A DNA stretch of 63,777 bases, filler included, from Reclinomonas americana ATCC 50394 (Eukaryota), in assembly GCA_048213135.1 (NCBI GenBank). It is 15 parts of 15 records of this genome, joined end to end, with 100 filler letters (N's around TTAATTAATTAA, not from the genome) between each part and the next. Parts side by side here need not be neighbours in the genome. Positions count along the whole stretch, not along the records: positions 1 to 7,218 come from AFZH01021616.1; positions 7,319 to 13,005 come from AFZH01021617.1; 13 more parts are not named here. One strand, written 5' to 3'. Position 1 is the stretch's first letter. Every line of letters begins with the position of its first letter. The notes beneath the pieces were generated by a model. It was not told where the DNA came from, did no database searches, and saw only the letters and a list, made by a program, of their open reading frames with translations. The translations under genes were made by a program, and so were the position numbers. This document shows positions 1 through 13,105 of this stretch, piece after piece.

Positions 1-614
1 CTGCCGCTCCTGCCGCGGCTGCCATTGCTCAACACAGCCTACTCTCGCGAACAAGGCGGAAAAACAAATGAATGCAAATATCGCCAAATTTTTACAGGAA
101 ATATTGTTCCATGTCAAACCAAAAGAAAGGGGACGCAGTGGGGGACGCAGTTGGGGACATTCTCGCAGGTCGTTTCATTGGAGACTTTGACGCAGTAATG
201 CAGAAGTCCTTGCAACGTGAGTCTACGGCAGTTCCAGCGCAGTGTGTTTGCTGCGCCAAGGTGTGTTTGTGTGCCAAGGTCATTATCGGCAAGGGATTTG
301 TGGACACTTGTCGCATAATTGCAAAGTGGCAAATGCAGTGTTTTGTTGTGTGCATTCAGCGGCCAGTTGATCAGTGGCGACGACGTCGACGTCGCGGTCG
401 GCGCAGCAGCTGCGATGATGGTGAAGCACAATGCATGTGATCACGTGGTGCACAGGTTCCTTGCGATTGCAACTGCCCCCGTGTGGCGCATCTTGTAATC
501 CACAACAACATGAGAATGACAGTCAGTGAGACTTGATCTTGCGCTCGCTTCGTTGTCCTGCGAAGTGGCCATTGAAACTTTGCCTCTCTCGCTCTCTCTG
601 CGCACTCATCAATC

Positions 615-925
615 ATGCGATCAGCGCGAGGTCGTGCGCGTCCTGAGCGAGAACAAGAGGAAGAGGAGGAGGAAGAAGGAGAAGAAGAAGAGGAGCAGCA
701 GCAACGCGCGTGGGATCCAGAGGGAATCGTCGGCACTGCGTTGCATGAGGGCGACACGGATTCGGAGGTGAGAGGTGGTTTGAAGAGAGAGGGAGGGAGG
801 GGGAAGGGAGAGGGAGAGAAGGGAGGGAGAAGGAGGGGGAGAGAGACAACAACACTTGTGATGCAATCAAGCACTCCACACTCGCTCATCTGTTGGTGTG
901 CGTGTGAGTGTGTGTGTGTGTGTGA

Positions 926-966
<41 letters not shown>

Positions 967-1642
967 GAGAGCGAGAAAGACTGCAAGACTTGTGATGCAT
1001 TGATTCACTCACTCTCTCTCTCTCACTCACTCTCTCTCATTTCTGTTGTGTGTGTGTGTGTGAGAGAGAGAGAGTGAGTGAGTGAGTGTGTGTGTGAGAG
1101 TGCGAAAGACTGCAAGACTTGTGATGCATTGAGACTCTCTCTCTCTCACACACTCTCATTTCTGTTGTGTGTGTGTGTGTGTGTGAGTGTGTGTGTGTGT
1201 GTGTGTGTGTTTGTGTGTGAGTGTGCGTGTGTGTCTGTGTGTCTCAATGTGAGAATGCATGCATTGGTGCATATGCGAGCGTGTGTGTGTGTGCGATGGA
1301 GAGTGAGAGAGGTTCTCTCTTTCTCTCATGTGTCGTGCGTGCATCATTCATTCACGCAGTGGTCTCGTTTGCATACGTTTTCTTGCCTCCAACTCTCACT
1401 GTCTCTTGCGCCTTCTGTGTGTCAAGAGTTTTTCTGTCGCCTTCTCTCTCTCCTTCTGTTTTCCTTCTCTCACGCTCTCTTGCTGAGTGAGAGACGCGAC
1501 GAGGGTGCACATGTGCTTCTCGTTCAGCCTCTCAGTACCTCGCCTTTGTGTGATAGAGGCGAGACGCCAGAGTTCTGTCGCTCGCTCCCCTTGTGTTTCA
1601 TTCTCTCCTTCTCTGAGAAGCAAGAATGCAAGAGATTTCTGT

Positions 1643-1687
<45 letters not shown>

Positions 1688-4600
1688 TGTGCCTCTCTCT
1701 CGTTCGATCTCGCAATCTCCCTTTCTATGCATGAGCGAGAAGCCAGGACTCATTCTGCGCGCGCGCTCTCTCTCGCTCTCTGTTTCTCGCTCATTCACTC
1801 GCTCATCGCAGGAGGAACGCAGCAAGCGCAAGCGCGGCGGTTACTTCAAACGCAAAGTCAGCGATGCGAAGAAGAATGAGCATGTTGCCGTTCACGAGCA
1901 AATGGTTTGGAGGCAGGGGGGGACGGGAGACAGAGAAGGCGTAGGAAGGGACAGTTGGCGTTTTCTGCTGCGATTTACTCCTGCACAACTAAGTCAGAAG
2001 CTGGCACGAAAGCGAGAGAGAGAGAGAGAAGGAAAAGGCAGGCGGTATTAGAAGAGACGACCAACGAGAAGAAAGAGAGTATTTAGTTCATCGCCTCTGC
2101 GGCTATACGAAACCAAGAGTCGATCTATGTGTGTGTGCGTAGAAGAGAAGAAACGAGGAAGGAGTAGTAAGAAACGAACGAACGAGAGACGACGAGAACG
2201 AAAGAGAGAGAGAGAGAGAGAGAGAGGGAAAGAGAGAGAGAGAGTTGGTTCCTGCCTCTGCGGTAGATGTTTGTGGAAGGAGGGAAGGAAGGAGAGAAAC
2301 AAAGATGCAGAGGAGGAAAGAGAGGCAGAGTGCGAGAGCGAGTGACGAGAGATTGAGTCCATGCCTTTTCTGTGATCGAAACCATGAGTCGATCTGTGTG
2401 TCTGTGAATGAAAGAGGGGAAGGGAAGGGAAAAGAAGAAACGAGTGCGAGAGCAAGAAGCACAAGGATGAAAGATAGGGAGAGAGAGAGAGAGCAAGCAG
2501 AAACATGCTATGCTTGTGTGCGTGAGTTCACGACTCTACATCTGCCTTGTATGCACACGGCGGACAATGAGAGAACAGCGATCAAATGTGTAAAGACGAC
2601 GCGATAAGGGTGTCACTCTCACCGCCATCTGTCGCTCGCTGCACATGTGCATAAGAGATGATGAGAGGGGAAGAGAGAAGACAACGTGAGAGAGAGGTGG
2701 TAAGACAGGAGACCACTCAGTTCGAATAGCGTGTGTGTGTGTGTGTTGTTATGTTGTGTGTGTGTGTGTGTGTGTGTGTGTGGTGGTGGTGGCGATGATG
2801 GCGTATCTCCACAACCATTGTGATGCGCCGTCACGCTCTCTCTTTCTCTCCTCCCCTTGCCTACTCACTTCCCCTCTCCTTCTCCCCCAACCCCACAGGT
2901 CTACGACGAAGAAGGCCGCCGTCGCTTCCACGGCGCCTTCACCGGCGGCTTCTCCGCCGGCTACTTCAACACCGTCGGTTCCAAAGAGGGCTGGGCACCC
3001 TCCCAGTTCCGCTCCTCCCGCGACCAGCGCGCCAGGTTTCAGGGGCAGCGCGTGGAGGACATTATGGATGAGGAGGATATGAGGGTGAGCAAGTGATGGG
3101 AGAAGAGAGAGGGCGACATGATGTGTTGGGACCCTTAGCACACTTCCTATTATCGTACGCTTGTGGGCATGCTTGGTATGCAAGAGAGAGAGAGAGAGGG
3201 CGAGATGATGTGTTGGGAATCTTAGCACACTTGCTCTCATTGTGCGCTTGTCGGCATGCTTGGCGTGTAAGAGAGTGAGATGTTCACGTCTTGGCACTCG
3301 CACTGTCACTCTCTTTCACAGCTTCTGTTTTCAACCATCGTCCGTCATCGTGATGAACTATCCGTGCTCTTCGGATGCATTGTTCTCTTTGTTGCACCCA
3401 CATCTGTTCCTCATTGCCTTCTCTCGATGCCCGCAAAAGCAACTGTTGTTTTCTCTCCTTTTTGTGAGTTGCAGTCCATGACGAACTTTCTTTACCTCTT
3501 CACATGCAGTCCTGACAACCCGTTGTCTGCTCACCTTTGCTCGCTCGCTCTCTCTCTCTCTCTCTTGCACCGCCACATCTGTTTGTCTCCACCATCGCTC
3601 TTGATAGTGATCAGTCTTGCCTTCCAACCCCATTGCCTCAACTTTCTCTCTCTCTCACCAGGAACTCGGCCTCGGCTCCCAACTCGTCGCCAAGGCACAA
3701 TTCCGCGAATTCCCCGCTGCCGGCGAAGAGGGAGCGGCCGCAGCCTCCGGCGCAGCATCATCCTCCGGCTCTCGCGCGTTTCGTCTCTGCTCTCCCTCCC
3801 CCACCCCCTCTTCCTTCCCTTCCTCTCACCACCCTGTCCCAGCCTTCCCTCGCTCTTCTCCTCCGACGCGGTGGTGGCCAGCCGTCGCTCCATCGGCGAG
3901 CAGCTTCTCCGACGCATGGGCTGGAAGAAGGGCCAGGGCATCGGTGCGCACAAGCAGAAGAAGAAGACCAAGAGGAAGCAAGCGGAACCTGGTGCGTGAC
4001 ATTTCTCCGCGCTGCGCGTTCGGGTGAGTGGCTAAACCATGGCGAACGCAGATGCCGGTGGTCGGCGAACGTACGGTGCCCCACTCCCGCCACACCTTCT
4101 CCAGCAGCGAGCACTGGTCGATGATGGTGCAGATGGCGATGGTGATGACGACGACGATGATGACGAGGACGATGAGTGGGTCGCTCCAGCGGACAAACCG
4201 GTGAGTCGGGGAGGAACCCGATTGTTCTTTCTGTCTCTCTCTCTCTCTCTCTCTCACTCGCGCGCGCGCGCAACTGTACACAATGCACGTGCAAGTCAGC
4301 CACTGCAATAGCGATATTAGTCTGCCTGCTCTTCCTCCATCTCGCCTGGCCTCCTTCCCTCCTTTTCTCTCATTCTCTCTTCCTGTTGTCGTGTTTGAGT
4401 GTCTCGCTTTGTTTCTCTCGTGACAGAGCGCACCATCTCTACAACCACAGTGCACCTTCAAGTCAGCCACAGCGATATCAATAATACGCTGCCTTCTCGT
4501 CCTCGAATCTGCATGTCCTTTACCTCTCCTCCTCTCTCCCTCTCTCCCTCTTTTTCTTTCGCCCTGTTACCGCGCTGGCGTATCTCGCTTCGTTTCTCTC

Positions 4601-7344
4601 GCGACAGAGCGCTCACCATCTCCAGAGCCACAATTCACCTGCAAGTCAGCCGCAGCGATATTGATGCCTCTGCCTTCTCTTTACTTCTCCTCCTCTCTCC
4701 CTCTCTCCCTGGTATTCTTGCGCCCTGTTGCCGCGCTGGCGTGCCTCGCTTGCTCCTTTCTTCTTGGCAAAGTGATTCTTCTTCATCTCGACGACGAGAG
4801 TGCGATTGTCTGCATCTCTATCTCTCTCTCTCTTCGCTGGTTTCATTGCCCATTGCCCGTTCCTCACCATTCCCTTCCCCTCACCCCCATCACAGTCCGT
4901 CCATCGCGAAGGCAAGACCGACTTTTTCGGCATTGGCTACGATCCGCTGGCCAGTGCCCCAGAATTCAAAAGTATGTGCTGCTGCGAACTGCATCAATAT
5001 CTGCAACACTCGCTAACAATCATCTCCCTCTCCCGCATCAGCTGCGCGTATGCTGCAGCCGTCAGGACAGGGCGGCAAGAAGGCCACGCTCGCGGAACTC
5101 CTGAAAGGTACGGTGTTACTGCTGGGTTGCGTTGCTCGAACATGTCACTCACTGCGCGTTGCAGGTGGCGCAATTGCAGAGAGCGGCTTCGGCACTGGCG
5201 TGTTGGACGATGCGGACGACACGGCGGTGTATTCGGTGGATTGTTGAGTTGCTGTGGGAAGAGAGAGTGAGAAGAGGACAGATGGCGAGATACACAGAGA
5301 GGGAATGATTGCGCCGCTTGTTCAGGCGCCTACAACATTCTTGTTTCGAAGAACGCGCAGTCAGACTGAGAGAAAGAGAGAATCTGGCACGTAGACATGT
5401 GTCAGGAGAGATTGAGTGAGAGAGAATGTATGCGTGTGAGAGACAGAGAGATAGACTGAGGCGAGAGAGAGAAGGACACACACACACAAACACACAGAGA
5501 GAGATCCAAATCATCACCCTGCCTCCCATCTACCTACTTTCGCTCACCATCCTTCTCTATTCAACAGTGGAGGAATACGACATTCCCACCCGCGCTTCCG
5601 CCAGCGGCTCCGTGATCGACGACGAGCAGCTTTCACTCGTCTTCAAGGCGGCGAGCGAACACAAGCGTCGCCGACCCGAGTACGAGCCGGTATTATTCCT
5701 TCGTTTGTGCCTTCCTTTATTGCTCTGCTTGTTGAATCCCTGCCCGCAGGACCTCTCGATGCGCTGCACTGACGGCCGACCTCCACTCCGCGGATTCGCA
5801 CTGGCTCGTCGGTCGCAGACGCAGGCTAAATGGTGACTGCTCGCGCTCGTCTAGTGGCTGTTGTTTGTCATTCGTTGCTGTGTCTTGTTTCTCAGGCTCC
5901 GAGCATCTCATCTTCGCCTTCCATTGCGTCCTTTCTCACCTTGTCTTCCTTTTATCACCGTGCACCATTCTCTCGTTCATTTCACTCTTTTTTCTCCCTT
6001 TCTGTCATTCTCTCTTCCTTTCTCGCCCTTCTCTCCTTCTCTCCTCGTCAGTCTCGCGTTCAGTTCTCGTCCATCTCTCCATCTCTCTTCGCCCCTCTCT
6101 CCTATTCTCGCCCATTGCTTCCTTTTCTCTTTTCTCCCTTTCTTTCATTCTCTCTTCCTTTGCTCTATTCCCTTTCTTCTCTCCTCGCCCTTCTCGCATT
6201 CTCTTCTTGCCATCTCTCCTTCCCTCCTCGCCCATCTCTCCTTCCCTCATCGCCCTTCCCTCCCTCTCGCCCTTTCCTTAATTCTTCTTCCTTTGCTTCC
6301 ATCCGTTGCTTCTCTTTCGCCATCTGTCCTTCTCAGCTCGCCCATCTCTCCTTCCCTCTTCGGCCTTTCCTTCATTCTCTCTTCCGCTGCTTCAGTCTCT
6401 TCCTTTCTCGTCCTCCTCTCCTCACTGCCTGTCGCACTTCCCTTGTTTGATCCCTTTCTCACTTTTGTTGTCTGCATTTACCATTCTGTATCTCTCACCT
6501 TTGTTCCCTCTTTCCCCCCTCCTTTCGCCCTCCTTTTCCCCTCCTTTCCCCTCCTTTCCCCCCTCACTTCCTCTCACCCTTTTCTCCTCCCTTCCCCCTC
6601 CTTTCCCCCTCCTTCCCAATCACCATTCCCCTCTCCATCCCCAAATCACAGGTTCCCCCCACCGCAAGTCCCACCCGATTTTGTACCCTTTCACCGCTTC
6701 CCACCGACATACCAGTCCGACATTCGTGCGTAGCCTCTATGTACGCCTTTAACAGCTGCCTTCTACTCATTCTCATATTCGCACACAGCATACGACATTC
6801 CCGCCGACGCGCGCTTCCGCGTGGACGCCGAAGGAGTGCACGTGCATCGCAACCTGACTGCCCCCGATCGATCGCGTATCTTGGGAGAGCAGCAGCTGGA
6901 GCGCACGCAGCGTGAGTCTTGCTCGCTCTCTTCCCTGTTTCACTCGGCTCGCTTCTCACTCTCCTTTTGCGCGCAGCACGCGGCACGGTCATGGACTTCT
7001 TGTCGCCGGCCGATCGAGAGCGACTGACATCGTACATTCGAACGAGCATTCTCAAGACTCCGGGAACGGCCTCCACTGCCTCGACGACGGCCACCACCGC
7101 TGCTGCCCCGGCAGCTGATCGTTGCGTCGCACTAAACCCTGCTTTGTCGAAAATCGTCAAAGAATTATGGGCAGAGCGAGACGGTAGAACAAGGGGCGAG
7201 CAGTGGAAAAAGGAGAAANNNNNNNNNNNNNNNNNNNNNNNNNNNNNNNNNNNNNNNNNNNNTTAATTAATTAANNNNNNNNNNNNNNNNNNNNNNNNNN
7301 NNNNNNNNNNNNNNNNNNAGAGGAGTGGAGAGGAAAGGAGAGGA

Positions 7345-7387
<43 letters not shown>

Positions 7388-10166
7388 CAGCACAAGGAAA
7401 CAGCAGTCAAAGCAGTTGAACAGTGGAGATAGAGAAGAGTGTAAGTGTCCGAGCTGGCGACTAACTGATAGAAGAAGAACAAAGAACTAGAGGACTGAGA
7501 GAGCTAGAGGACTGAGATAGCAAGAAGGCAAGGAAGGAGTAGAGAAGAGAGGAGAGGAGAGAAGAGGAGAAGAGAGGAGTGGAGAGGAAAGTAGAGGTGG
7601 AGAGTGAGTGCGGAGAGAGACGTCCAAAGACAGTTCATTCATCTTTTGCAGCACGGGAACGACAGACCGAGAGAGAACAGAAAACTCCATTACGCAACTC
7701 ACCTCCGTGTTCCACACTGCACACCCAAACACGCAGAGAGAGTCAACAATCACACCATACAACCTTTCTCTCTCTGGTTGCCTTCTCCCAGTCTGCTTGT
7801 CTCTTCTCTCTCTTCTTCTCCCTTGAAAACCTCTCTCTCTTTCTCTTTGTCTTTCCCTCTCTCTCTCTCTCTCCCACATCTTCTCCCTTCTCCGCCGCCG
7901 AAGGGGAGTCGAAGCAGTTAAATTCTGCTGAGGAGCACGAATTATGGCGTCAGTGCTGGCATAGAAAACAAGGATGAGAAGAGTGAAATGGCCAGGGAGC
8001 ACGCATCGAGGAAGTTGAATGCGGAAGACGGATGTGGTTGAGTGTGTGAAAGCAGAAAATTCGAGAAGGAGCGAGAGATTGTATCGCAGCCTTCTCTGGA
8101 ACCATTGAATCCGACAAGACAGAGTACGCAGCCCTTTGTGATGCACTGACACATGCCCATTGCAGAGCCGTACTGTCCCTGATAAGAAGAAACCAGTGCG
8201 TTCCAGTGCCGACTGGGAACCATGTCCACTGCTGTGCAAGCGATTCAATGTGGCTGATCCGTATTCGAGTGGTCGAGTTGCGTTGCACGAGATGCTGGGT
8301 TACCTGTATTTCGTTCTCTCTTCGTGGACGTCGTCCTCTTTGTTGCCGCGCTGTATTCAGTTGTCTTCTGCTCTCTTCTTCTCATCTCATGTTTTATCCC
8401 TTCTCCCATCTTTTCTTCCTCTCATCGCGTCTCATCTCTCTTCTCTCCTCAGCTTTTTGCCTCTCTTCTCTTCCCTTCTCTTCTTCTCTTCTTTTCACTT
8501 CTCTTCTCTCATTATCTCGTCTCTCGTTCTTGTTTTGTCTCGTCTTCTCTTCTCATGTCTTACCCCTCTTCTCATCTCTTTTCCCATCTTCTGTTCGTCT
8601 CATCGCGTCTCATCTCTCTTCTCTCCACTGTTTTCTTTGCCTCTCTTCTCTTCCCTACCTTTCCCTTCTTCTCTTCTTTCACTCCTCTTCTCTCTTTGTT
8701 TATCTCGTCTCTCTTTTTTCTTCTCATATCACGTCTTCTCTTCTCGTGTCATTCTTCCCTTCTGGTCTCTGTTCTCATCTCTTCTCTTTTCCCTTTCTTC
8801 TCCTCTGTTCTTCTCTTTTCCTCTCTTCTCTTGCCTTCTCTTCTCTCTATTTCCCTCGCTTGTTCTCTCCCCATCTGTTCTCCACTCTTCTCTTTTCTTC
8901 TCTCCCCTGCTCTCTTCTTTTCTCATCTCCCCTCCTCTCATGTCCTCTTTTCTCTTCTGTGCCCATCTCTCCTCTTGTCTGCTCTCTTCCCTGCCCTTCC
9001 GGTATCTTCTGTTCTCTCATCTGATCTCATTTCTCTTCTCCTCTCTACCCCCTCTCTTCTTTGCATTCCTCCCTTCTCTCACCCCTTTCCTTGCTTCCGC
9101 AGCGCGTCCGCCCCTCTCTCCTCGCCGCCGCCGCCCGCCAACAACCTGGCGTAGCATCGGTCGTACCCGACCTCAGTCGACTGCCTTCTGCCCCCGCCAC
9201 CTCCACCAGCGTCACCGCCCACCCCCCTCCCCCACCCCCACCACCCCCTCCTCCTCCTCCCCCACCCCCACCCCCACCACCACCACCACCATCCTCACGC
9301 CCCCCTCGCATGACTGCTGCCGCCATGATGGAATCAGACGACGACGACGACGACACAGAAGCCGGTCCACCACGCCCGCCACCCTCCGCACAGCCGACCG
9401 CCGCCGTCATCATGGAGCCAGTGCGCGTCGAAGTCGCCGAGGACCGCACCCAGTTGCCAAAGTTCCAACCGGAGAAGAGACCACCGATGAATCTCTTCAA
9501 GGCCATTTTCAGCGAGGAGGACAGCGACGACGACGACGCTGATGACGACGACGAAGCAGATGAGGAGGAGAAGGACAAAAAGGCAGTGAGGATGGAGGAA
9601 GACAGCGCACCTCCGCCACCCCCTCCGCCGCCACCACTACCAGCACCGATGGCTGTGGACAAGCCGGCCGGCCACCGCAATATCTTTGATCAGCTGGCCG
9701 CCGAGAAGCAGAAGCAAACAGAGTCTGCCAAGCCGGCCATGTTGCGTGGGGGGCTGCGGTTGAACTTGTTGTTTGTGCCAGCTCATCTCTTTGTGAACAG
9801 ACCGGAGCTGCCCGCCGAACTGGACTCTCTCTTTGGCGGCGGTGGCAAGACTGTGAACCCGGCGCAGCCGCAAGGTAATTACCAATTTGTATTGACTGCG
9901 ATTGGATTGCCGCGAGGCTCATTAGGTGACTCTGTGTTTGCAGCCATCTCCACCGTGTATCCCGAGCCGTCGGAGGGTCCGGCAGCGAAACCGTCTGAGC
10001 CGAAGAAACGGAAATCCGGCAACGATGATGTGAGTTGTACAGGCATGCACACATCCTTCTGCTCACTCTCTCGAGCGTGTCGACGGTTTCTTGCTTCTCT
10101 CGGGTTGTCAACTCTTTGTCTTCACTTGGATTCGAGGTCAGGCAGTGCGGTGTACCAAGATCATTT

Positions 10167-10206
<40 letters not shown>

Positions 10207-11516
10207 CGTCTATCTCTCTCTCTTTCCGTTCATTCGCAACGCAGTTATCAGATATCGCGCAATCTTGTTTCATGCTTGCATTGTCTCCCCCCTGATACTC
10301 TCAATCAACTGTTGTTTGAGAACCGTCCTATGTCTGCCTCGTTCTTTCTCTCGTATGAAAGCGACTGGTCATATGTGCTGCTGGCAACGCACGCACACGT
10401 GCGCGCGATTCTTACATTCTTCTGCGAAGATCGCTCATTCTCTTCGCGACTCAGCCTCTCATCCCCGTGTCTGATAACAGTCTTCTTTCTCCCCCTCTGT
10501 ATCTCTTGCGTGTCGCCATCGCTTGCGAGTGGTCAATTGTTCTGCAGACAACACGCGCACACGTGCGCGCGATTCTTAGCTTTCTATGTGAAGCACTCTC
10601 GTTCTCTTCGACAGTTTCGCTTCACCACCGTCGCTTTGCTTGCTCGGCATTCTTGCTATGAACGTGGCTTTCTTGTATTTGAGGACTTTGTTTCTCCATG
10701 CATGGCTCACGCTTACGAGTGGTCATCTGTACTGTGGGCAACGCGCGCACACGTGCGCGCGATTGATAACTATTTTTGTAAGAAGCGCTCTCGTTCTCTT
10801 TGCGACGTATCCAACATCTCCCTTTTGCTCGTCAATCTATCTGAGATCATTACGTGCATGTGTTTGAGGACTTTGTTTCTCCATGTGTATCCTTTTTGCG
10901 CAAACATTGCTTGCGAGTGGTCTATTGTTCTGCAGACAACGCGCGCACACGTGCGCGCGATTCTATTCTGTCTCCCTTCCCCTCATCCCCCCTCCCCTTC
11001 TTGCCACAGCTGGCCCCCGCCGCCGCCTTCTTCGGCATCACCGACATTAGCAAGCTCTCCACCGCCGAACTCGCCAAGGCCTCCAAAAACCTCTCCGCCT
11101 TTCTCCGCGCCAGCGGCTACGACGTCAGCTCCGGCGCCGGCAGCAGCAGCAGCGACGAAAGCAGCAGCCGTCGCAGCAAGAAGCACGGCAAGAGCGACAA
11201 GCATCGCAAAGACCGCCACAAGGACGACAAGAAGAAGCGGAAGAAGAGCAAGGACGACGACGACGACAAGAAGAGGAAGAAAAAGAAGAAGTCGAAGAGC
11301 AAGGACAAGAGCAAGGACAAGGATCGACGCAGTGGTCATCGGCGTCGGCATGACAGCAGTAGCAGCAGCGGCGGCGACTCTGACAGCGACCGCCATCGTC
11401 GCTCACGTCGCGCCCGCTCTGCGTCGCCACCACCGTCGGCCGTTGTCGCGCCAGCCATGCCGAGCAGTGCACCACCCGCCGGCCGACATCGGATTACTGC
11501 GGCCGACTTTATGTGA
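615..11516 (+). CDS. GPATCH1: G-patch domain-containing protein 1 (GPATCH1/TOUGH), multi-exon, spans the first gap
   Basis: GT-AG exons at 615-767, 1812-1904, 2899-3084 ([32 protein letters not shown], the family N-terminal signature), 3662-3777 and 3843-3991 (G-patch [19 protein letters not shown]). Later family motifs: [34 protein letters not shown] (~8215), [11 protein letters not shown] (~9480), and a Lys/Ser-rich tail ending ITAADFM*. Some internal exon edges are approximate. Confidence 0.9.
7219..7318. other. Artificial contig linker (44 N + TTAATTAATTAA six-frame stop + 44 N); 14 copies in the window
   Basis: The identical 100-bp spacer occurs at 7219, 13006, 16002, 18262, 23963, 28142, 32994, 36057, 41867, 44729, 46288, 56432, 58932 and 61495. 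True gap sizes are unknown. Confidence 0.99.
10360..10965. repeat. Intronic degenerate repeat, 4 units about 165-200 bp apart, with a palindromic core
   Basis: (G)CG(A/C)..GTGGTC...CAAC(G/A)C(G/A)CGCACACGTGCGCGCGATT recurs near 10386, 10550, 10740 and 10937. The intervening sequence is partly shared between units. Confidence 0.8.
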
Positions 11517-11608
11517 CAGTTGGTAAAGGGAGAGCGACAGCTGCTATACATTTGTTTGGTTGTCTGCCATTCTCTCCCTCTCTCCCTCTCTCCTCTCGCT
11601 CACTTCTC

Positions 11609-12610
11609 CTACTCCGTCTGCGACCGCCGCTGCACCTCCACCTGGTCACCCTTGTTGCTGTCGTGGCGATGGTGGTGGTGCTTGCCGCTCTCCTTGGTGG
11701 TGCCGGCGGCTGTGCCCACGCCGGTACCGGTCACGGCGCCAGTGCCGCGGGTGTTCGAGTCGCCACTCACATACGATCCTTCGGGTTGACTCTCGTCGAA
11801 CGGATGTGTCACCGCCAGAGGATTGGTGCCGGGGAAGGGATTGGTCGGATTGGCACCGGCCATGGCCAGGCGAGCGTCGAACGACGCTGGCTGGATGGCG
11901 ATGGAGCCCACGTTGGAGGAATCCTCCGCCATTACGCCGCCCTCCAGACCCGTCGGTGGCGGGCGCTGCGCACGCAGTCGATCCTGCTGCTCCTGCTGCG
12001 ACAGGCATTCCTGCTGCTGATGCGGTGGGAATGCATGAAGCGGCGGCTGTTGCTGCTGGATGATCGGCTGCTGCTGCTGTTGCTGAAGGAATGGCTGTTC
12101 GCGAATGATTCTCGGATGTTCCTGCTGTTGCTGCTGCCAGTCCTGCTGCTGCTCCAGCACTTGTCCGCGAACAATGTCCGCGTGCGGCTGCGCCGGCCAC
12201 CCTTGCTGCTGCTGCGGCTGGTCGCGAATAAAGGTGGATTCTGGTTCCGTGCGCTGGTGGTGGTGGTGACGCTGACGATGCTCGTGTTCGCGCTGCAGGT
12301 CGTCCTCCTCCAGTTCGCGACGCTGCTGCCAGCGCAACTGATCCTGTTGTTGCTGCTGCCACACCTCCTCTCGCAGCTGCTGCTCCTGCGTCGGCGGTCC
12401 CGACTGCTGCCAGCGCTGTGCGGCCTCGACATCGCCCGGTACCACACTCTTGACCGGCACAAAGCCCTGCGACGGCGGCACCTGCTGACCGAACGTCGTC
12501 TGCTGCTGCTGCTGCTGCAGCGGATCAATGTATCCCTGTTGTGCCTGCTGAATCAGGCGCTGCTGTTGCGGCTGCGGGGGCGAGATGCGGCCGGACTGTT
12601 GGCTCTCCAT
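11609..12610 (-). CDS. Intronless glutamine-rich hypothetical protein (333 aa)
   Basis: Long ORF with a GCCATGG start context and CAG-rich coding composition, convergent with GPATCH1. No recognisable domain. Confidence 0.55.
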   Translation of the reverse strand: MESQQSGRISPPQPQQQRLIQQAQQGYIDPLQQQQQQTTFGQQVPPSQGFVPVKSVVPGDVEAAQRWQQSGPPTQEQQLREEVWQQQQQDQLRWQQRRELEEDDLQREHEHRQRHHHHQRTEPESTFIRDQPQQQQGWPAQPHADIVRGQVLEQQQDWQQQQQEHPRIIREQPFLQQQQQQPIIQQQQPPLHAFPPHQQQECLSQQEQQDRLRAQRPPPTGLEGGVMAEDSSNVGSIAIQPASFDARLAMAGANPTNPFPGTNPLAVTHPFDESQPEGSYVSGDSNTRGTGAVTGTGVGTAAGTTKESGKHHHHRHDSNKGDQVEVQRRSQTE

Positions 12611-13105
12611 GGCGACAGAGTTGAAAAAACAACGAGGGCGAATTCAAGTGTGAGGAAAACGAACAAACAAAAATTGATTCCGTCGTCTCGATTCTTCCGT
12701 TCGACAACATTCGTGCATTGTTTCATGTCATCTCACACTTACTCAGTCTCCCCTTCCATCTTTGAGAAGATCACCGTGCCAATGGCGTAAATCAGGCAGA
12801 TGCCGTAGCCCGCCGCACTGATGAGCGCTTGTATTTTCAAGGCGAAGCTGCAGTTCGACGGTGGTAAGTTGTCTCAATATTCTTGGATTCTCTTTTTTTC
12901 CGATGCAACTTCAACACGGTTTGCGGCGTGACTTCGTCGCTGAGCAGCTCCATGATGAGGGGTGGATCGGCGGGCACTCGCTGCGGCCACATGTCTGCGA
13001 TTGCANNNNNNNNNNNNNNNNNNNNNNNNNNNNNNNNNNNNNNNNNNNNTTAATTAATTAANNNNNNNNNNNNNNNNNNNNNNNNNNNNNNNNNNNNNNN
13101 NNNNN

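Noticed and set aside
7263..7274. Recurring TTAATTAATTAA as a biological repeat
   Set aside because: It is always centred in N runs and is a standard six-frame stop linker.
5830..9154. Long Ser/Leu/Phe/Pro ORFs (also near 1000-2600, 60060-60400 and 62300-62800)
   Set aside because: They are translations of CT/AG low-complexity introns.
10360..10965. CRISPR array
   Set aside because: The repeats are degenerate, the spacers exceed 100 bp and resemble each other, it lies in a eukaryotic intron, and no cas genes are present.
9061..11526. 821-aa ORF as a single exon
   Set aside because: It reads through pyrimidine-rich introns with few stop codons; the true last exon is in another frame.
11513..12790. 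425-aa Leu-rich plus-strand ORF
   Set aside because: It is the antisense shadow of the CAG-rich minus-strand gene.
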